A stretch of 64,000 nucleotides of DNA from an uncultured Clostridia bacterium (GTDB lineage: Bacteria; Bacillota; Clostridia; TANB77; CAG-508). The stretch spans positions 3,976 through 67,975 of the forward strand of contig CAMMZC010000003.1 in assembly GCA_946529215.1 (NCBI GenBank), written 5' to 3'. The translations under genes were made by a program, and so were the position numbers. This document shows positions 27,428-37,600 of the stretch, in pieces; position 1 is the first letter of the stretch; every line of letters begins with the position of its first letter. The notes under the pieces were generated by a model. The model was not told the DNA's origin. It saw only the letters and a list, made by a program, of their open reading frames with translations, and did no database searches.

Positions 27428-29746
27428 TTAAATTCTACTAGAATTGCAAGAAAAATATATAACTTGATATTTTTTCGTAAATTCTTGTAAAATTTCAAGT
27501 GCTTTTGAGGTTTTTGATTCATCTAAATTTACAAATGGGTCATCAAGCACAACAAATGGTGTTTCGCCACTAAACAAAGCATCTATTAAACTAAATCTCA
27601 TACAGATATAAATTAAGTCTTTGTATCCAGTGCTAAAAGTTTTTATTTCTTTTTGAGAACCATTTACTTCTATTTTTACATCTAAATTTGTATCAACAGA
27701 AGTTTTTAATTCTTTGGTATCAATCAAAGATAAATATTTATTAAATCCAATAACCATACTTTTTAGATAATTTGATGAAAAGTTTTCTTTTGATGTTTTT
27801 AAAAGTTCTTCTGTTTTGTTTAAAATTTTATATTTTTCTTCTAAATTGCTTATTTCTCCTTTTAAATTTTCTATATCACTTTCTAAATATTCACTTTCAT
27901 CAATTCTATTTTCTAAAACCTCTATTTGATTTTTTATTTGATTTTTTTCGTCATTTAGCATATCAATTTTGTTATTTAAAACATCTATTTTATGCTTGAT
28001 TTCTTCTTCAGAAGCGGATATTTCTTCTATATTTTTAAATTCCTCAACATTATTTTCTTTTTCATATTTTTCTTTTTTGTCAATTATATCTTTTAGTTGA
28101 TTTTTAGATTCTTCAAATTGATTTATTTTTATTTTCAAATCTTGTATTAGGTCTGTATATGATTTGTCTATACTTATATAATATGTTTTAAAGTCATCTT
28201 CTATTTCATTTTTTAATTTTTCAAGATTAATTTTTAAATTTTGTAAAGACACATCTTTTGATATTTTGTTTTTTAATAGTGTTTTATAATTACTGTATTC
28301 TGTTTTTAAACTAGTTAAATCTAAAATCTTATTTGAACTTTCTGCTGAATAATATTGTTTTAAGAAATTTTCTACATTATGGTTTATTTCTTCTTTTTTA
28401 TTTTGCATATCTTCTATTTCTTTTTGAAGATTTAAAATTTCTTTGCTCAAGCTAGAAATTTTACGTCTTTTGTTTTTAGATAAAAAACTGAATAAACCAA
28501 AAAGTATACCTGTAGAAATTAGACTTATTCCTGCTATTTTTTGTATATTTGTAATTATCAAACCACTGCCTATTATTATTAATAATAAAGATAATATTAT
28601 TGTAATTAACACCTTTTTACGTTTTTTATTAACTATGTCTAAATCATTTTGTTTTTGTTCTTTCTCTTTTTTCTTTGTATTGACTTTTTCTTCTATATCT
28701 TGTATTTGCGAATATTCAAAAATATTTTTATCTATTTCTTCTATTGAAATATTTCCATTTTTATATTTATTTTGCAGTACTTCTAATTCTTTTGCTTCTT
28801 CATCTGTTATTTTGCAATTTGATATTTCTAATTTTGTTTTTTCTATTTCATAATTTTTATTAGCTAGATTTTCTAAAAATGAATTTGTAGGAATCCCATT
28901 TGAGAAAAATTTTTCAAAATTTTTATATTCTTCTTGGTAAGAAGAATATTTAGTTAGTATTGAGTCATAAACTTCTTTTTTGGCTTTAACTCTATCTTGT
29001 TCAATCTTTTTTTTAAGTAGTTTTTGTTCCTCAATTCTTTGATTTTCTAAGGTATGTATTTCATTTATTTTTTCTTCTAATTGATTTTTTCTTGTTTCAA
29101 AATTTTCAATATCTATTTTGCTATTTTCAAATTTTCTTTGTAAATCATATAATTTAGTCTTTTTTTCGTCTATTAGTCCACCTTGTCCTCTATCTTTTTT
29201 ATATATTTTTTTTGCTTCATTGAGTTTCTTTAATGCTTCTTCTGATGTGTTTATATCATTATCACTTTCTAACATATTTGTAAGTTTAGCATTAATGCTG
29301 TCTTCCATCTCAATCTGTATTTGCCCTTGTGGTATGTATGTACTTCTTTCATAAGCACTTTTGTTTATTTTAAATATTTCTTCTCCGATATTTTCTGAAT
29401 AATCTTTGCTCTCCAAATTTGTTTCTAAATTATATAATTTAAATGTATCATCAGTAGCTTTTTTTCCAAATGTTCTTTCTATTCTATATTTTTTGCTATT
29501 TATTTCAAATTCAATACTTCCGCCATATATTCCTCCTTGCCATGGAATATATCTTTTTCTATCTGATTTTTCAAATCTTGCATTTGCTTGAGTATCTAAC
29601 CCATAAAACATAGATTTAATAAATGTTGCAAAAGTTGTTTTTCCAAATCCATTATCTTGTTTTATTGTATTTAATCCATCTTGAAAATCATAACTAAAAT
29701 CTTGCAATTTACCAAAATTTTGTATATGGCATTTTAATAATTTCAT
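27428..29746 (-). CDS. YhaN/SbcC-like AAA ATPase with long coiled coils and central TM segment
   Basis: 772 aa. N-terminal Walker A GFGKTTF. Extensive coiled coil. Internal hydrophobic stretch VLITIILSLLLIIIGSGLII. C-terminal VVLDDPFVNLDE Walker B/D-loop. Confidence 0.7.
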   Translation of the reverse strand: MKLLKCHIQNFGKLQDFSYDFQDGLNTIKQDNGFGKTTFATFIKSMFYGLDTQANARFEKSDRKRYIPWQGGIYGGSIEFEINSKKYRIERTFGKKATDDTFKLYNLETNLESKDYSENIGEEIFKINKSAYERSTYIPQGQIQIEMEDSINAKLTNMLESDNDINTSEEALKKLNEAKKIYKKDRGQGGLIDEKKTKLYDLQRKFENSKIDIENFETRKNQLEEKINEIHTLENQRIEEQKLLKKKIEQDRVKAKKEVYDSILTKYSSYQEEYKNFEKFFSNGIPTNSFLENLANKNYEIEKTKLEISNCKITDEEAKELEVLQNKYKNGNISIEEIDKNIFEYSQIQDIEEKVNTKKKEKEQKQNDLDIVNKKRKKVLITIILSLLLIIIGSGLIITNIQKIAGISLISTGILFGLFSFLSKNKRRKISSLSKEILNLQKEIEDMQNKKEEINHNVENFLKQYYSAESSNKILDLTSLKTEYSNYKTLLKNKISKDVSLQNLKINLEKLKNEIEDDFKTYYISIDKSYTDLIQDLKIKINQFEESKNQLKDIIDKKEKYEKENNVEEFKNIEEISASEEEIKHKIDVLNNKIDMLNDEKNQIKNQIEVLENRIDESEYLESDIENLKGEISNLEEKYKILNKTEELLKTSKENFSSNYLKSMVIGFNKYLSLIDTKELKTSVDTNLDVKIEVNGSQKEIKTFSTGYKDLIYICMRFSLIDALFSGETPFVVLDDPFVNLDESKTSKALEILQEFTKKYQVIYFSCNSSRI

Positions 29747-29764
29747 GTTAATCCTCCATTTGTA

Positions 29765-30850
29765 TTATAATAAATCTTCTCCTGAAAGTGCTTTAATTCC
29801 AGTGCTTATAACTTTATTTTTTTCTTCCTCTGTTAAATCTTTTTGATCTAATACAAGCCTTATAAATTCACCTTTTAAAGAAATATCATTTTGAAATTTC
29901 ATATAATCTATTTTGATATTTGGCTTATCTTCGATTTTTAGAAAAAAGAAATCTGATTCAAATTTTTTTGTTAAATAATCTATATCTCTTTCTTCTCCTA
30001 TCTCAATATCTCCGCCTAAAACTAATTTTACTAAGCTTGTTCCAGGAATACCCTTTAATTTTTCTGCTATGGATTGTTCAATTTCGTTATTTTCCTTTAA
30101 TCCTGTTAAGTCTGCATGAACTTCATATAATGTTCTATACGAAAAAGGTATAAACTCAGTTTTTATCTTATTATCTTCTATATTTAGTAGCACGAATCCC
30201 TTTTCTCCACATTCATCAAATCCTCTTCCTTCTAGACAACCAGAATAACAATATACTCCCCTATTGTCTAATTTTTCTTTTTTGTATGAATGAATATGTC
30301 CTAATGCAAGATAATCTATATTTTTGTTTTTAAGCTCTTTTAAATTTATTATCTCAGCTTTATCTTTTATAGATGTTTCTGACTCTTGACCATGCATAAC
30401 AACTATGTTTAACTTATTTTTTTCTAGAAATAAAGAATTATATATTTCATAATTTGGAGTATTTCCAAACTCTATTCCAGAAATTGTTATATTGCCATAT
30501 TCATAAGTTTGCCAATTATTTCTGTTAAATGTTTTTAAATTTGATGGTAATTCTTCATCTTCATCTATAAATCCGGCTTCATCATGATTTCCTTTTAAAT
30601 AGACAAAATCTATTTCAGGATTAGATATAATAGCATTTTTAACAGTCTTTTTAGCTTTAACAGTAACTGCTTTTTTATCAAATAAATCTCCTGCAATTAT
30701 TATTATTTTAACATCATTTTCTTTTGCATATTGTACCATTCTATCGAATGTAAGCAAAATTTCATTTTTTCTTTCTCTTGCTTTTTCTTTATCTAAGTTT
30801 GTTTCCATTTTAGAATCAAGATGTAAATCACTACAATGAATTATTTTCAT
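29765..30850 (-). CDS. Metallophosphoesterase, SbcD/YhaO-like DNA repair exonuclease
   Basis: MKIIHCSDLHLD... calcineurin-like phosphoesterase motifs (GDLFD, GNHD, GHIH). Start taken at ATG 30850; the ORF-track N-terminal extension was rejected. Confidence 0.78.
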   Translation of the reverse strand: MKIIHCSDLHLDSKMETNLDKEKARERKNEILLTFDRMVQYAKENDVKIIIIAGDLFDKKAVTVKAKKTVKNAIISNPEIDFVYLKGNHDEAGFIDEDEELPSNLKTFNRNNWQTYEYGNITISGIEFGNTPNYEIYNSLFLEKNKLNIVVMHGQESETSIKDKAEIINLKELKNKNIDYLALGHIHSYKKEKLDNRGVYCYSGCLEGRGFDECGEKGFVLLNIEDNKIKTEFIPFSYRTLYEVHADLTGLKENNEIEQSIAEKLKGIPGTSLVKLVLGGDIEIGEERDIDYLTKKFESDFFFLKIEDKPNIKIDYMKFQNDISLKGEFIRLVLDQKDLTEEEKNKVISTGIKALSGEDLL

Positions 30851-31047
30851 ATTTACTGACATTCCTTTCCTGCAAGGCACAAAATTTGATTAAAATAACT
30901 GCTTTTTCAGTTATTTTCAAACTTGCCTTGCTTTTCTAGAAGTTGACTAAAAGAAATTCTGCCCAATTTCTTTTTCAAAATATATCCTAACAAAAAAACA
31001 AAAAAATGTCAATAGTTTTTCGAACATTTTTTTGTTTTCTTTTTTTA

Positions 31048-31123
31048 TGGTGCCACCAAGCAGAATCGAACTGCTGGCCTACGGGTTACGAATCCGTCGC
31101 TCTACCAACTGAGCTATAGTGGC
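31048..31123 (-). tRNA. tRNA-Thr (CGU)
   Basis: Reverse complement reads GCCACTATAGCTCAGTTGGTAGAGCGACGGATTCGTAACCCGTAGGCCAGCAGTTCGATTCTGCTTGGTGGCACCA: cloverleaf with anticodon CGT and encoded CCA. Confidence 0.88.
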
Positions 31124-31300
31124 AAATACAATTTATATTATAGTAGTTAACTTTCAAAATGTCAATAAATATTTTAAATTTAATACCACTTCCTATTTAC
31201 AATAAACTAAATGCACTCTACATTAACATTTACATTTTCACTTAGGTTTTATTATTTAAAAGGAAGTACTACTGAAAAAATTTAGTACTTCCTTAAAACA

Positions 31301-33427
31301 TTACAAATGCAAAACCCTTGCCTTTATCTCTTTAGTCTTCCCTACATTCCAAAAATTCTCTCCCAAGTATCCACAAGTGCGACGTACAACTGTAAGTTTG
31401 CTATGGTCTTTGTTTCCGCAATTTGGGCATTCCCATTCTAAGTCTTTATTTATTTTAATTTCTCCATCAAATCCACATACATGACAATAATCAGATTTTG
31501 TATTTACTTCTGCATATTGAATATTCTCATATATGTATTTAATTAATGTTTCTAGTGCTGGAATGTTGTTTTTCATATTTGGAATTTCTACATAAGAAAT
31601 TGCTCCACCACCAGATAATTGTTGAAATTCTGATTCAAATTTAAGCTTTTCAAATGCGTCTATTTTTTCTCTAACATCTACGTGATAAGAATTTGTGTAA
31701 TATCCTTTATCTGTTACATCTTCTATAGTTCCAAATCTTTCTTTATCTATTTTTGCAAATCTATAGCACAAGCTTTCTGCAGGTGTGCCATACAAAGAAA
31801 ATCCTATATTTGTTTCTTTTCTCCATTTTAAAGTTTTATCTTTCATGTATTGCATTACTTTTATTGCAAAATCGTGTCCTTCAGGTGCTGTGTGTGGAAC
31901 TCCTTTCATTAATTTTGTCATTTCATATATTCCTATATATCCAAGAGAAATTGTTGAATATCCTCCATAAAGTAATTTATCTATTTTTTCTCCTTGCTCT
32001 AATCTTGCAATTGCTCCATATCTCCAATGAATTGGGCTAATATCTGCAGATGTTCCAACTAATGCATAATGTCTACACATTAATGCTTCTTTACATAGTT
32101 CTAATCTTTCATCTAGTAGCTCCCAAAATTTCTTTTCGTCTCCTTCTGCAACAATTGCAACTTGTGGCAAATTAATGCTTACTACCCCTTGATTAAATCT
32201 ACCTTCAAATTTGTAGTTTCCATTTTCATCTTTCCATGGAATAAGGAAACTTCTACATCCCATTGGGCTAAATACATTTCCTTCATAATTTTCTCTCATT
32301 TTTTTAGCAGAAATATAATCCGGATACATTCTTTTTGCAGAGCATTCTACAGCAAGTTTTGTTAAATAATCATATTTTCCACCTGTTAAATTATTACATT
32401 CATCTAAAACATAAACTAATTTCGGAAATGCTGGTGTAACATAAACTCCTGCACTATTTTTAATTCCTTGTAACCTTTGACGTAATACTTCTTCTATTAT
32501 CATTGCATTTTCTTCGATGTATTCGTCATTAGGGTCAATGTGCAAAAATAGTGTAACAAATGGAGCTTGACCATTTGTAGTCATTAATGTGTTTATTTGA
32601 TATTGAATTGTTTGCACTCCCGCTGCTAATTCTGTTTTTAGCCTTTTTGAGACTAATTTTTCTATTATTTTTTTATCAAAATTTTCACCTAGTTCTTCTA
32701 TTACTTCTTTTTTAAATTTTTCCTTACTTTTTCTTAAATATTTGCCAAGGTGAATCATATCTATAGATTGTCCGCCATATTGATTACTTGCAACTGTTGC
32801 TATAATTTGAGAAGTTACAATGCATGCAACTTGAAAGCTCTTTGGAGAATCTATCATTTTGCCATTCATAACAGTTCCATTGTCTAACATATCACCTATA
32901 TTTATTAAACAACAATTAAATATTGGTTGTATAAAATAATCTGCATCATGAAAATGCAAAATTCCGTCTTCCCATGCTTTTATTATTTTTTCTGGAAGTA
33001 AAATTCTTTTTGATAAATCCTTTGAAACTTCTCCTGCAATTAAATCTCTTTGTGTAGAAGCAATTAATGCATTTTTGTTTGAATTTTCTTCCATTACATC
33101 TTTATTATTTCTTCTTATTAAACCTAAAATTGATTCATCTGTAGTATTACTTTTTCTAACCAATGCTCTTGTATATCTATATACTATGTATTTTTTTGCA
33201 AGCTCATATTTTCCAAGTTCCATCAATTTTGCTTCTATTATATCTTGAATATCTTCAACTAAAATTCTCTTTTTGCCTAATTCTTCTATATATTCTGTTA
33301 TTGTTTTTATATCTTCTGTTGATGCCTTTTCTTTTTTGGTAACTTCTGTATTTGCCTTTTCTATGGCAATTTTTATTTTACTTTTGTCGTAATCTACGAC
33401 TCTTCCATCTCTTTTTATTACTTTCAT
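31301..33427 (-). CDS. nrdD: Anaerobic ribonucleoside-triphosphate reductase
   Basis: N-terminal ATP-cone (MKVIKRDGRVVDYD). C-terminal glycyl-radical motif RRTCGYLG and Zn-ribbon CxxC..CxxC. Start taken at ATG 33427; the 39-aa upstream extension in the track overlaps a repeat element and was rejected. Confidence 0.9.
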   Translation of the reverse strand: MKVIKRDGRVVDYDKSKIKIAIEKANTEVTKKEKASTEDIKTITEYIEELGKKRILVEDIQDIIEAKLMELGKYELAKKYIVYRYTRALVRKSNTTDESILGLIRRNNKDVMEENSNKNALIASTQRDLIAGEVSKDLSKRILLPEKIIKAWEDGILHFHDADYFIQPIFNCCLINIGDMLDNGTVMNGKMIDSPKSFQVACIVTSQIIATVASNQYGGQSIDMIHLGKYLRKSKEKFKKEVIEELGENFDKKIIEKLVSKRLKTELAAGVQTIQYQINTLMTTNGQAPFVTLFLHIDPNDEYIEENAMIIEEVLRQRLQGIKNSAGVYVTPAFPKLVYVLDECNNLTGGKYDYLTKLAVECSAKRMYPDYISAKKMRENYEGNVFSPMGCRSFLIPWKDENGNYKFEGRFNQGVVSINLPQVAIVAEGDEKKFWELLDERLELCKEALMCRHYALVGTSADISPIHWRYGAIARLEQGEKIDKLLYGGYSTISLGYIGIYEMTKLMKGVPHTAPEGHDFAIKVMQYMKDKTLKWRKETNIGFSLYGTPAESLCYRFAKIDKERFGTIEDVTDKGYYTNSYHVDVREKIDAFEKLKFESEFQQLSGGGAISYVEIPNMKNNIPALETLIKYIYENIQYAEVNTKSDYCHVCGFDGEIKINKDLEWECPNCGNKDHSKLTVVRRTCGYLGENFWNVGKTKEIKARVLHL

Positions 33428-33455
33428 TTCTTTCCCTTTCTCACTAGTATTTTCG

Positions 33456-33644
33456 TTACAATTCACAACCGAAAATATTTTTTTATAAAAGTTAATATAT
33501 AAATTATTTGTAATTAAATGTGGGGACCGTTCAATGATTTCCAAAAGTTTGAAAAACTTTTGATGAAATCATTAGAATGGGGATAATGTAAAATAATTTA
33601 TATATTAACTTTAACCCGTACAACAATTAGCTGAAAATTGTAAC
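33456..33644. repeat. Repeat family B copy 1 (ttacaattcaca...core) with internal 20-bp near-perfect palindrome, in nrdD 5' region
   Basis: 33456..33483 ttacaattcacaaccgaaaatatttttt and 33599..33644 tatatattaactttaacccgtacaacaattagctgaaaattgtaa match 43776..43866 at about 90% identity. The central insert holds the palindrome ttcaatgatttccaaaagttt-g-aaacttttgatgaaatcattagaa. Confidence 0.55.
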
Positions 33645-33780
33645 GTATTTTTTAAAATTATATCAATAATTATTAAAAAATCTGTTGCTATTGCAACAAA
33701 TATATGCTATAGTTATATATATCAAAATAAGAAAAATTTTAAAATATATCCAACAAAAAAATTAATAGAGGTGTAACAAA

Positions 33781-34413
33781 ATGCAATCTGAAGAAGAAAT
33801 TTCAAATTTTCTAAAATCCATTGAAACTAGATGCTATAAGACAACTAAGCACTCATTTTTAAAAGGAGAAACAATAACAACATATCTTGAAAAACGTAAT
33901 CAACTATGCATTCTTCTAAATGGAGAGGCAGATTTAATTAGATATGATTTTAATGGTAATAAAACAATAATTGGACAATTTTCTAATAATAGTATTTTCG
34001 GAGAAGCCCTTTATCCCGCAAATACAAATAACGAACTTTTTGTGCTTGCAAAAACAAATTGTGAAGTATTATTTTTTTCTTATGATAATCTTTGGACTAA
34101 ATGCAGGCAAAATTGCTCATTTCATAAAGAATTTTCCGAGCAAATAAATAAACTAATTATTAGCCAAGTAGTTGAACTTAACACTAGAATTGAGCTTCTT
34201 ACTAAAAAAAATATAAGAGACAAACTTTTATCATATTTTGATATTTTGTCTAGTAAAAAATTAAGTAAAACTATATCTATTCCTTTTACTTTTACAGATT
34301 TAGCAGATTATTTGAGTGTAGATAGAAGTGCTATGACTCGTGAGCTTTCTCATCTTATTGAAGAAGGCTTTATAGAGAAAAAGGGAAAGAAAATTAAATT
34401 ACTATATAATTAA
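33781..34413 (+). CDS. Crp/Fnr family transcriptional regulator
   Basis: 210 aa. cNMP-binding-like N-domain and C-terminal HTH (FTFTDLADYLSVDRSAMTRELSHLIEEGFI). Confidence 0.8.
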   Translation: MQSEEEISNFLKSIETRCYKTTKHSFLKGETITTYLEKRNQLCILLNGEADLIRYDFNGNKTIIGQFSNNSIFGEALYPANTNNELFVLAKTNCEVLFFSYDNLWTKCRQNCSFHKEFSEQINKLIISQVVELNTRIELLTKKNIRDKLLSYFDILSSKKLSKTISIPFTFTDLADYLSVDRSAMTRELSHLIEEGFIEKKGKKIKLLYN

Positions 34414-34423
34414 AAAGCAGACA

Positions 34424-35401
34424 TTATACATCTGCTTTTTTACTTTCTTCTATTTCTTTTTGAAAATTATTATAAGCTTCATTCCAAGCCTCAAAACTTT
34501 TGTCTTCTCTATGATCTGGAAGATCATTGTTATTTTTCAAATACTCACCAAGATAACTTGTTACTTTTAAAGCACCTGTGTAATTTAAATGCTCTCCCCT
34601 TTTTTCTTGACAATCTTTTTTCCAATTAATTTTTAATTCATCAACCTTTAAATTTAAGTCAATATATTCTATTCCTAATTTTTTTGCGATTTTTTCTATT
34701 CCATTGTGTTTATCATAATTCCAATTTGCAGGTGATGGTGAATTATACAGCATAAATTTTGCATCATTTTTTTTACATAAATCTTTAATTTCTTTTAAAT
34801 GTTTTATATTATCACTAGGTACTTTTTTAGAAACTTCATTTTCCTTCATGAAGTTATCTCTTTTGCTCTTCTTTACTTTATTGGTCTTAGTGCTAAATCT
34901 ATATCCTTTATCATTTACTATTTCTGTATATTCAGGTGTTTTATAAAAATCCTCTTTGGTTAAATTTTTCCATCTATCATGAAATTCCAAAACTGGAAAA
35001 TATTTATCAACATATTCTTTTAAATGGCGCACATATCCATTTTTAGTATATAAAGCATTTGCTTCTAAAATAACAATTTTAGGCTTTTGTCTTTTAAAAG
35101 CTACATTTAAATAATAGTAACTATTAGAAATACGCTGTGCAGGTGTCCCACAAACATAAGAAGTAAATCCATATTGATTCCATAGTTCTAGAGGTATATA
35201 TGAATTATATGATTCACTATCTCCAAGTACTATAACATCTATAGTATTTTCTGGCTCAGTATAAATTCCTGTTACAAGTTGTTTTCTTTTTCCTATTCCA
35301 GCTTCTAAAGTATTGTTTTTTGGTACAAATATTTTTGAAAGTAAAGCTAAAATTATAAAAAATATGCCTACAAAAACAATACATTTTATTGTCCTTTTCA
35401 T
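34424..35401 (-). CDS. DltD-like protein (membrane-anchored SGNH-type)
   Basis: 325 aa. N-terminal signal/anchor. Sits last in an operon with DltA/DltC/DltB-like genes. Family assignment rests on context and general similarity. Confidence 0.5.
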   Translation of the reverse strand: MKRTIKCIVFVGIFFIILALLSKIFVPKNNTLEAGIGKRKQLVTGIYTEPENTIDVIVLGDSESYNSYIPLELWNQYGFTSYVCGTPAQRISNSYYYLNVAFKRQKPKIVILEANALYTKNGYVRHLKEYVDKYFPVLEFHDRWKNLTKEDFYKTPEYTEIVNDKGYRFSTKTNKVKKSKRDNFMKENEVSKKVPSDNIKHLKEIKDLCKKNDAKFMLYNSPSPANWNYDKHNGIEKIAKKLGIEYIDLNLKVDELKINWKKDCQEKRGEHLNYTGALKVTSYLGEYLKNNNDLPDHREDKSFEAWNEAYNNFQKEIEESKKADV

Positions 35402-35578
35402 TTTACATCTCTCTTTCTATTAAAATACTTTTTATTATTGGCATTTTAGTGTATATTTTAATAATGCGCGTAAGCAACCAAACGAGCATAGCGGGTGCGA
35501 TTGGATCAACTTACAAACAAGTCATTTAGAATATGGAAGTTGCGACACACAATCATTATAAAAATATACACAAAAAAA

Positions 35579-37168
35579 CTAAAAATTAGCATACATTGGC
35601 TGTACTGCCTCATAGTTGATTCCATAAGCTCCAAATAAAAGTATTGCAAAAATTATTAAATAGTAAATAGTCCATCTAATAACTATATTTTTCTTAGAAA
35701 TTTTTTCTCTAACACTTATATCTTTTTCATGCATTATGCTAATTACAAACACTAAAATTGTAAATATAGCAATAATTATAAAATCTTGCACATCCATTCC
35801 AAGTTTTAGAATTGTTCCATCTTTAAATGAATTTAATGAGAAATTTGTAAACATCTTACCAAGCATCTCAAATCCTGATGTAACTGTTGTTGCTCTGAAG
35901 AATAACTCTCCAACAAAAACAAGTAATGTAGTTTTTATTATTTGCAATCCTTTATACCACGCTTTTTCTCTATTTATGTGTAATTTCGCACTAATCCACA
36001 AAACTGCAGGCTCAAATATTTTGCCTGATAAAATAAGTACAAAATGATACATTCCAAAAAATATAAAAGTCCAAGCTGCTCCATGCCAAAGTCCATTACA
36101 GAACCATACACAAAATAGTGCAATAGCACTTGCAATTAATGGTCCATAATATTTTCCAATTTTCTTTCTAGCATTTGTTGTTAATTTTTTTAATGGCTCA
36201 GAAAGTGATAATGGATAAAATATGTAATCTCTGAAAAATGCCCCTAAAGTTATATGCCATCTTGTCCAAAATTCTGATATGTTTTTTGAGAAAAATGGTT
36301 GTTTGAAATTTTCTGGTAATTTTATTCCAAAAATTTCTGATGTTCCAATTACCATATCCATTGTTCCTGAAAAATCCATATAAAGCTGTAATGTATAAAG
36401 AACCATACCAGCTACCATAATTCCGCCATCATATTTTGCATAATTTCGATATATTTCACCTATAAATCTGTTTAGCCTATCTGCAATAATCATTTTCTTA
36501 ATCATACCATAGCTAATTCTTAATAATCCGCTTTTTAAGTTAGCATAAGTAATCTTGTTTCCTTCCCATAATTGCATTGCAGTTTCTGAATATCTGCAAA
36601 TTGGGCCTTCCATAATTTGTGGGAAGAATGTTAAATATAAACTAAGTCTTGCAATATTTTTGTCTGCCTTAATTTTTTCGTGATATATGTCAACCAAATA
36701 CGAAACTGCTTGTAAAGTATAGAATGATATACCTATTGGCATTAATATTTTTGGTATTTGTAGCTTGAATGGTATTTTTAAAGTTTGTAATAAAGAATTT
36801 ACATTTCCACCAATAAATCCTATATATTTTACTACTAACAAAATACCAATATTTACTAAAACTCCAAATGTTAGTACTCTTCTTTGTTTTTTTAAATACT
36901 CTGCTCTTATTTTCTTTTTTTGTTCTTTTTCTGCTTCTTTTAAAATTCCATTTCTTTCATTTTGTAATAGTTCGAGCCAAATTCCTATATAATGTATTAA
37001 AAATGTAGAGCCTATTACATACACAATTAATTTTTTGCTTATAGACCAAAAAAATGCATAGCTAGCAAGCAATAGCACTTTCCATCTGTGTTTTTGTGGA
37101 ACTATGCTATAAGCAATTAATGTTAAAGGAAGAAACATAAAAAGATATGCTACTCCAAAATATGTCAT
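35579..37168 (-). CDS. MBOAT family O-acyltransferase (DltB/AlgI-like)
   Basis: 529 aa polytopic membrane protein. FWTRWHITLGAFFRDYIFYPL contains the MBOAT catalytic His motif. Confidence 0.85.
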   Translation of the reverse strand: MTYFGVAYLFMFLPLTLIAYSIVPQKHRWKVLLLASYAFFWSISKKLIVYVIGSTFLIHYIGIWLELLQNERNGILKEAEKEQKKKIRAEYLKKQRRVLTFGVLVNIGILLVVKYIGFIGGNVNSLLQTLKIPFKLQIPKILMPIGISFYTLQAVSYLVDIYHEKIKADKNIARLSLYLTFFPQIMEGPICRYSETAMQLWEGNKITYANLKSGLLRISYGMIKKMIIADRLNRFIGEIYRNYAKYDGGIMVAGMVLYTLQLYMDFSGTMDMVIGTSEIFGIKLPENFKQPFFSKNISEFWTRWHITLGAFFRDYIFYPLSLSEPLKKLTTNARKKIGKYYGPLIASAIALFCVWFCNGLWHGAAWTFIFFGMYHFVLILSGKIFEPAVLWISAKLHINREKAWYKGLQIIKTTLLVFVGELFFRATTVTSGFEMLGKMFTNFSLNSFKDGTILKLGMDVQDFIIIAIFTILVFVISIMHEKDISVREKISKKNIVIRWTIYYLIIFAILLFGAYGINYEAVQPMYANF

Positions 37169-37238
37169 TTTTATCTTTCCCTTCTCTTACTTCATAATTT
37201 TGTTTTTTTATATCTCAAATTAAAAAGATTTTTGTTTT

Positions 37239-37469
37239 CTACCCTTCTTCTTGCAAACGTGTAATCATTTCCCACATAGCTTTTGCAGAATTAAAGTTAT
37301 CTGGTATTATTTCTACTGTTGGTATTACAATGTCAAATTCATCTTCTAGCTCTGCAACAAGTGAAATGATTGCAAGTGAATCTAAATAATGCTCATCTAT
37401 TAAAGTTGTGCAATTTTCGTAATCTACTCCATCTTCTATTTCTTCTAAAATTTCAATTAATCTTTCCAT
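37239..37469 (-). CDS. D-alanyl carrier protein-like (DltC-type acyl carrier protein)
   Basis: 76 aa, acidic. Phosphopantetheine attachment motif LDSLAIISLV. Confidence 0.75.
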   Translation of the reverse strand: MERLIEILEEIEDGVDYENCTTLIDEHYLDSLAIISLVAELEDEFDIVIPTVEIIPDNFNSAKAMWEMITRLQEEG

Positions 37470-37600
37470 TTTTAACTTCCTTTCTAGGGACAGATTTCAG
37501 TTCCCATTTTACTTTAATATTTATTAACCTTTATTTATGAACTTTAGTTTATTATATATTTTATCAATAGCCAATTTCTCTTGGGGAAATACGTTCTTTT

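Noticed and set aside
33428-33544. 39-aa N-terminal extension of nrdD in the ORF track
   Set aside because: The extension runs through repeat element B and precedes the canonical ATP-cone start MKVIKRDGR, which has its own RBS. The same logic trims the track ORFs for gpmI, tpiA, pgk, rny, rpe and yhaO.
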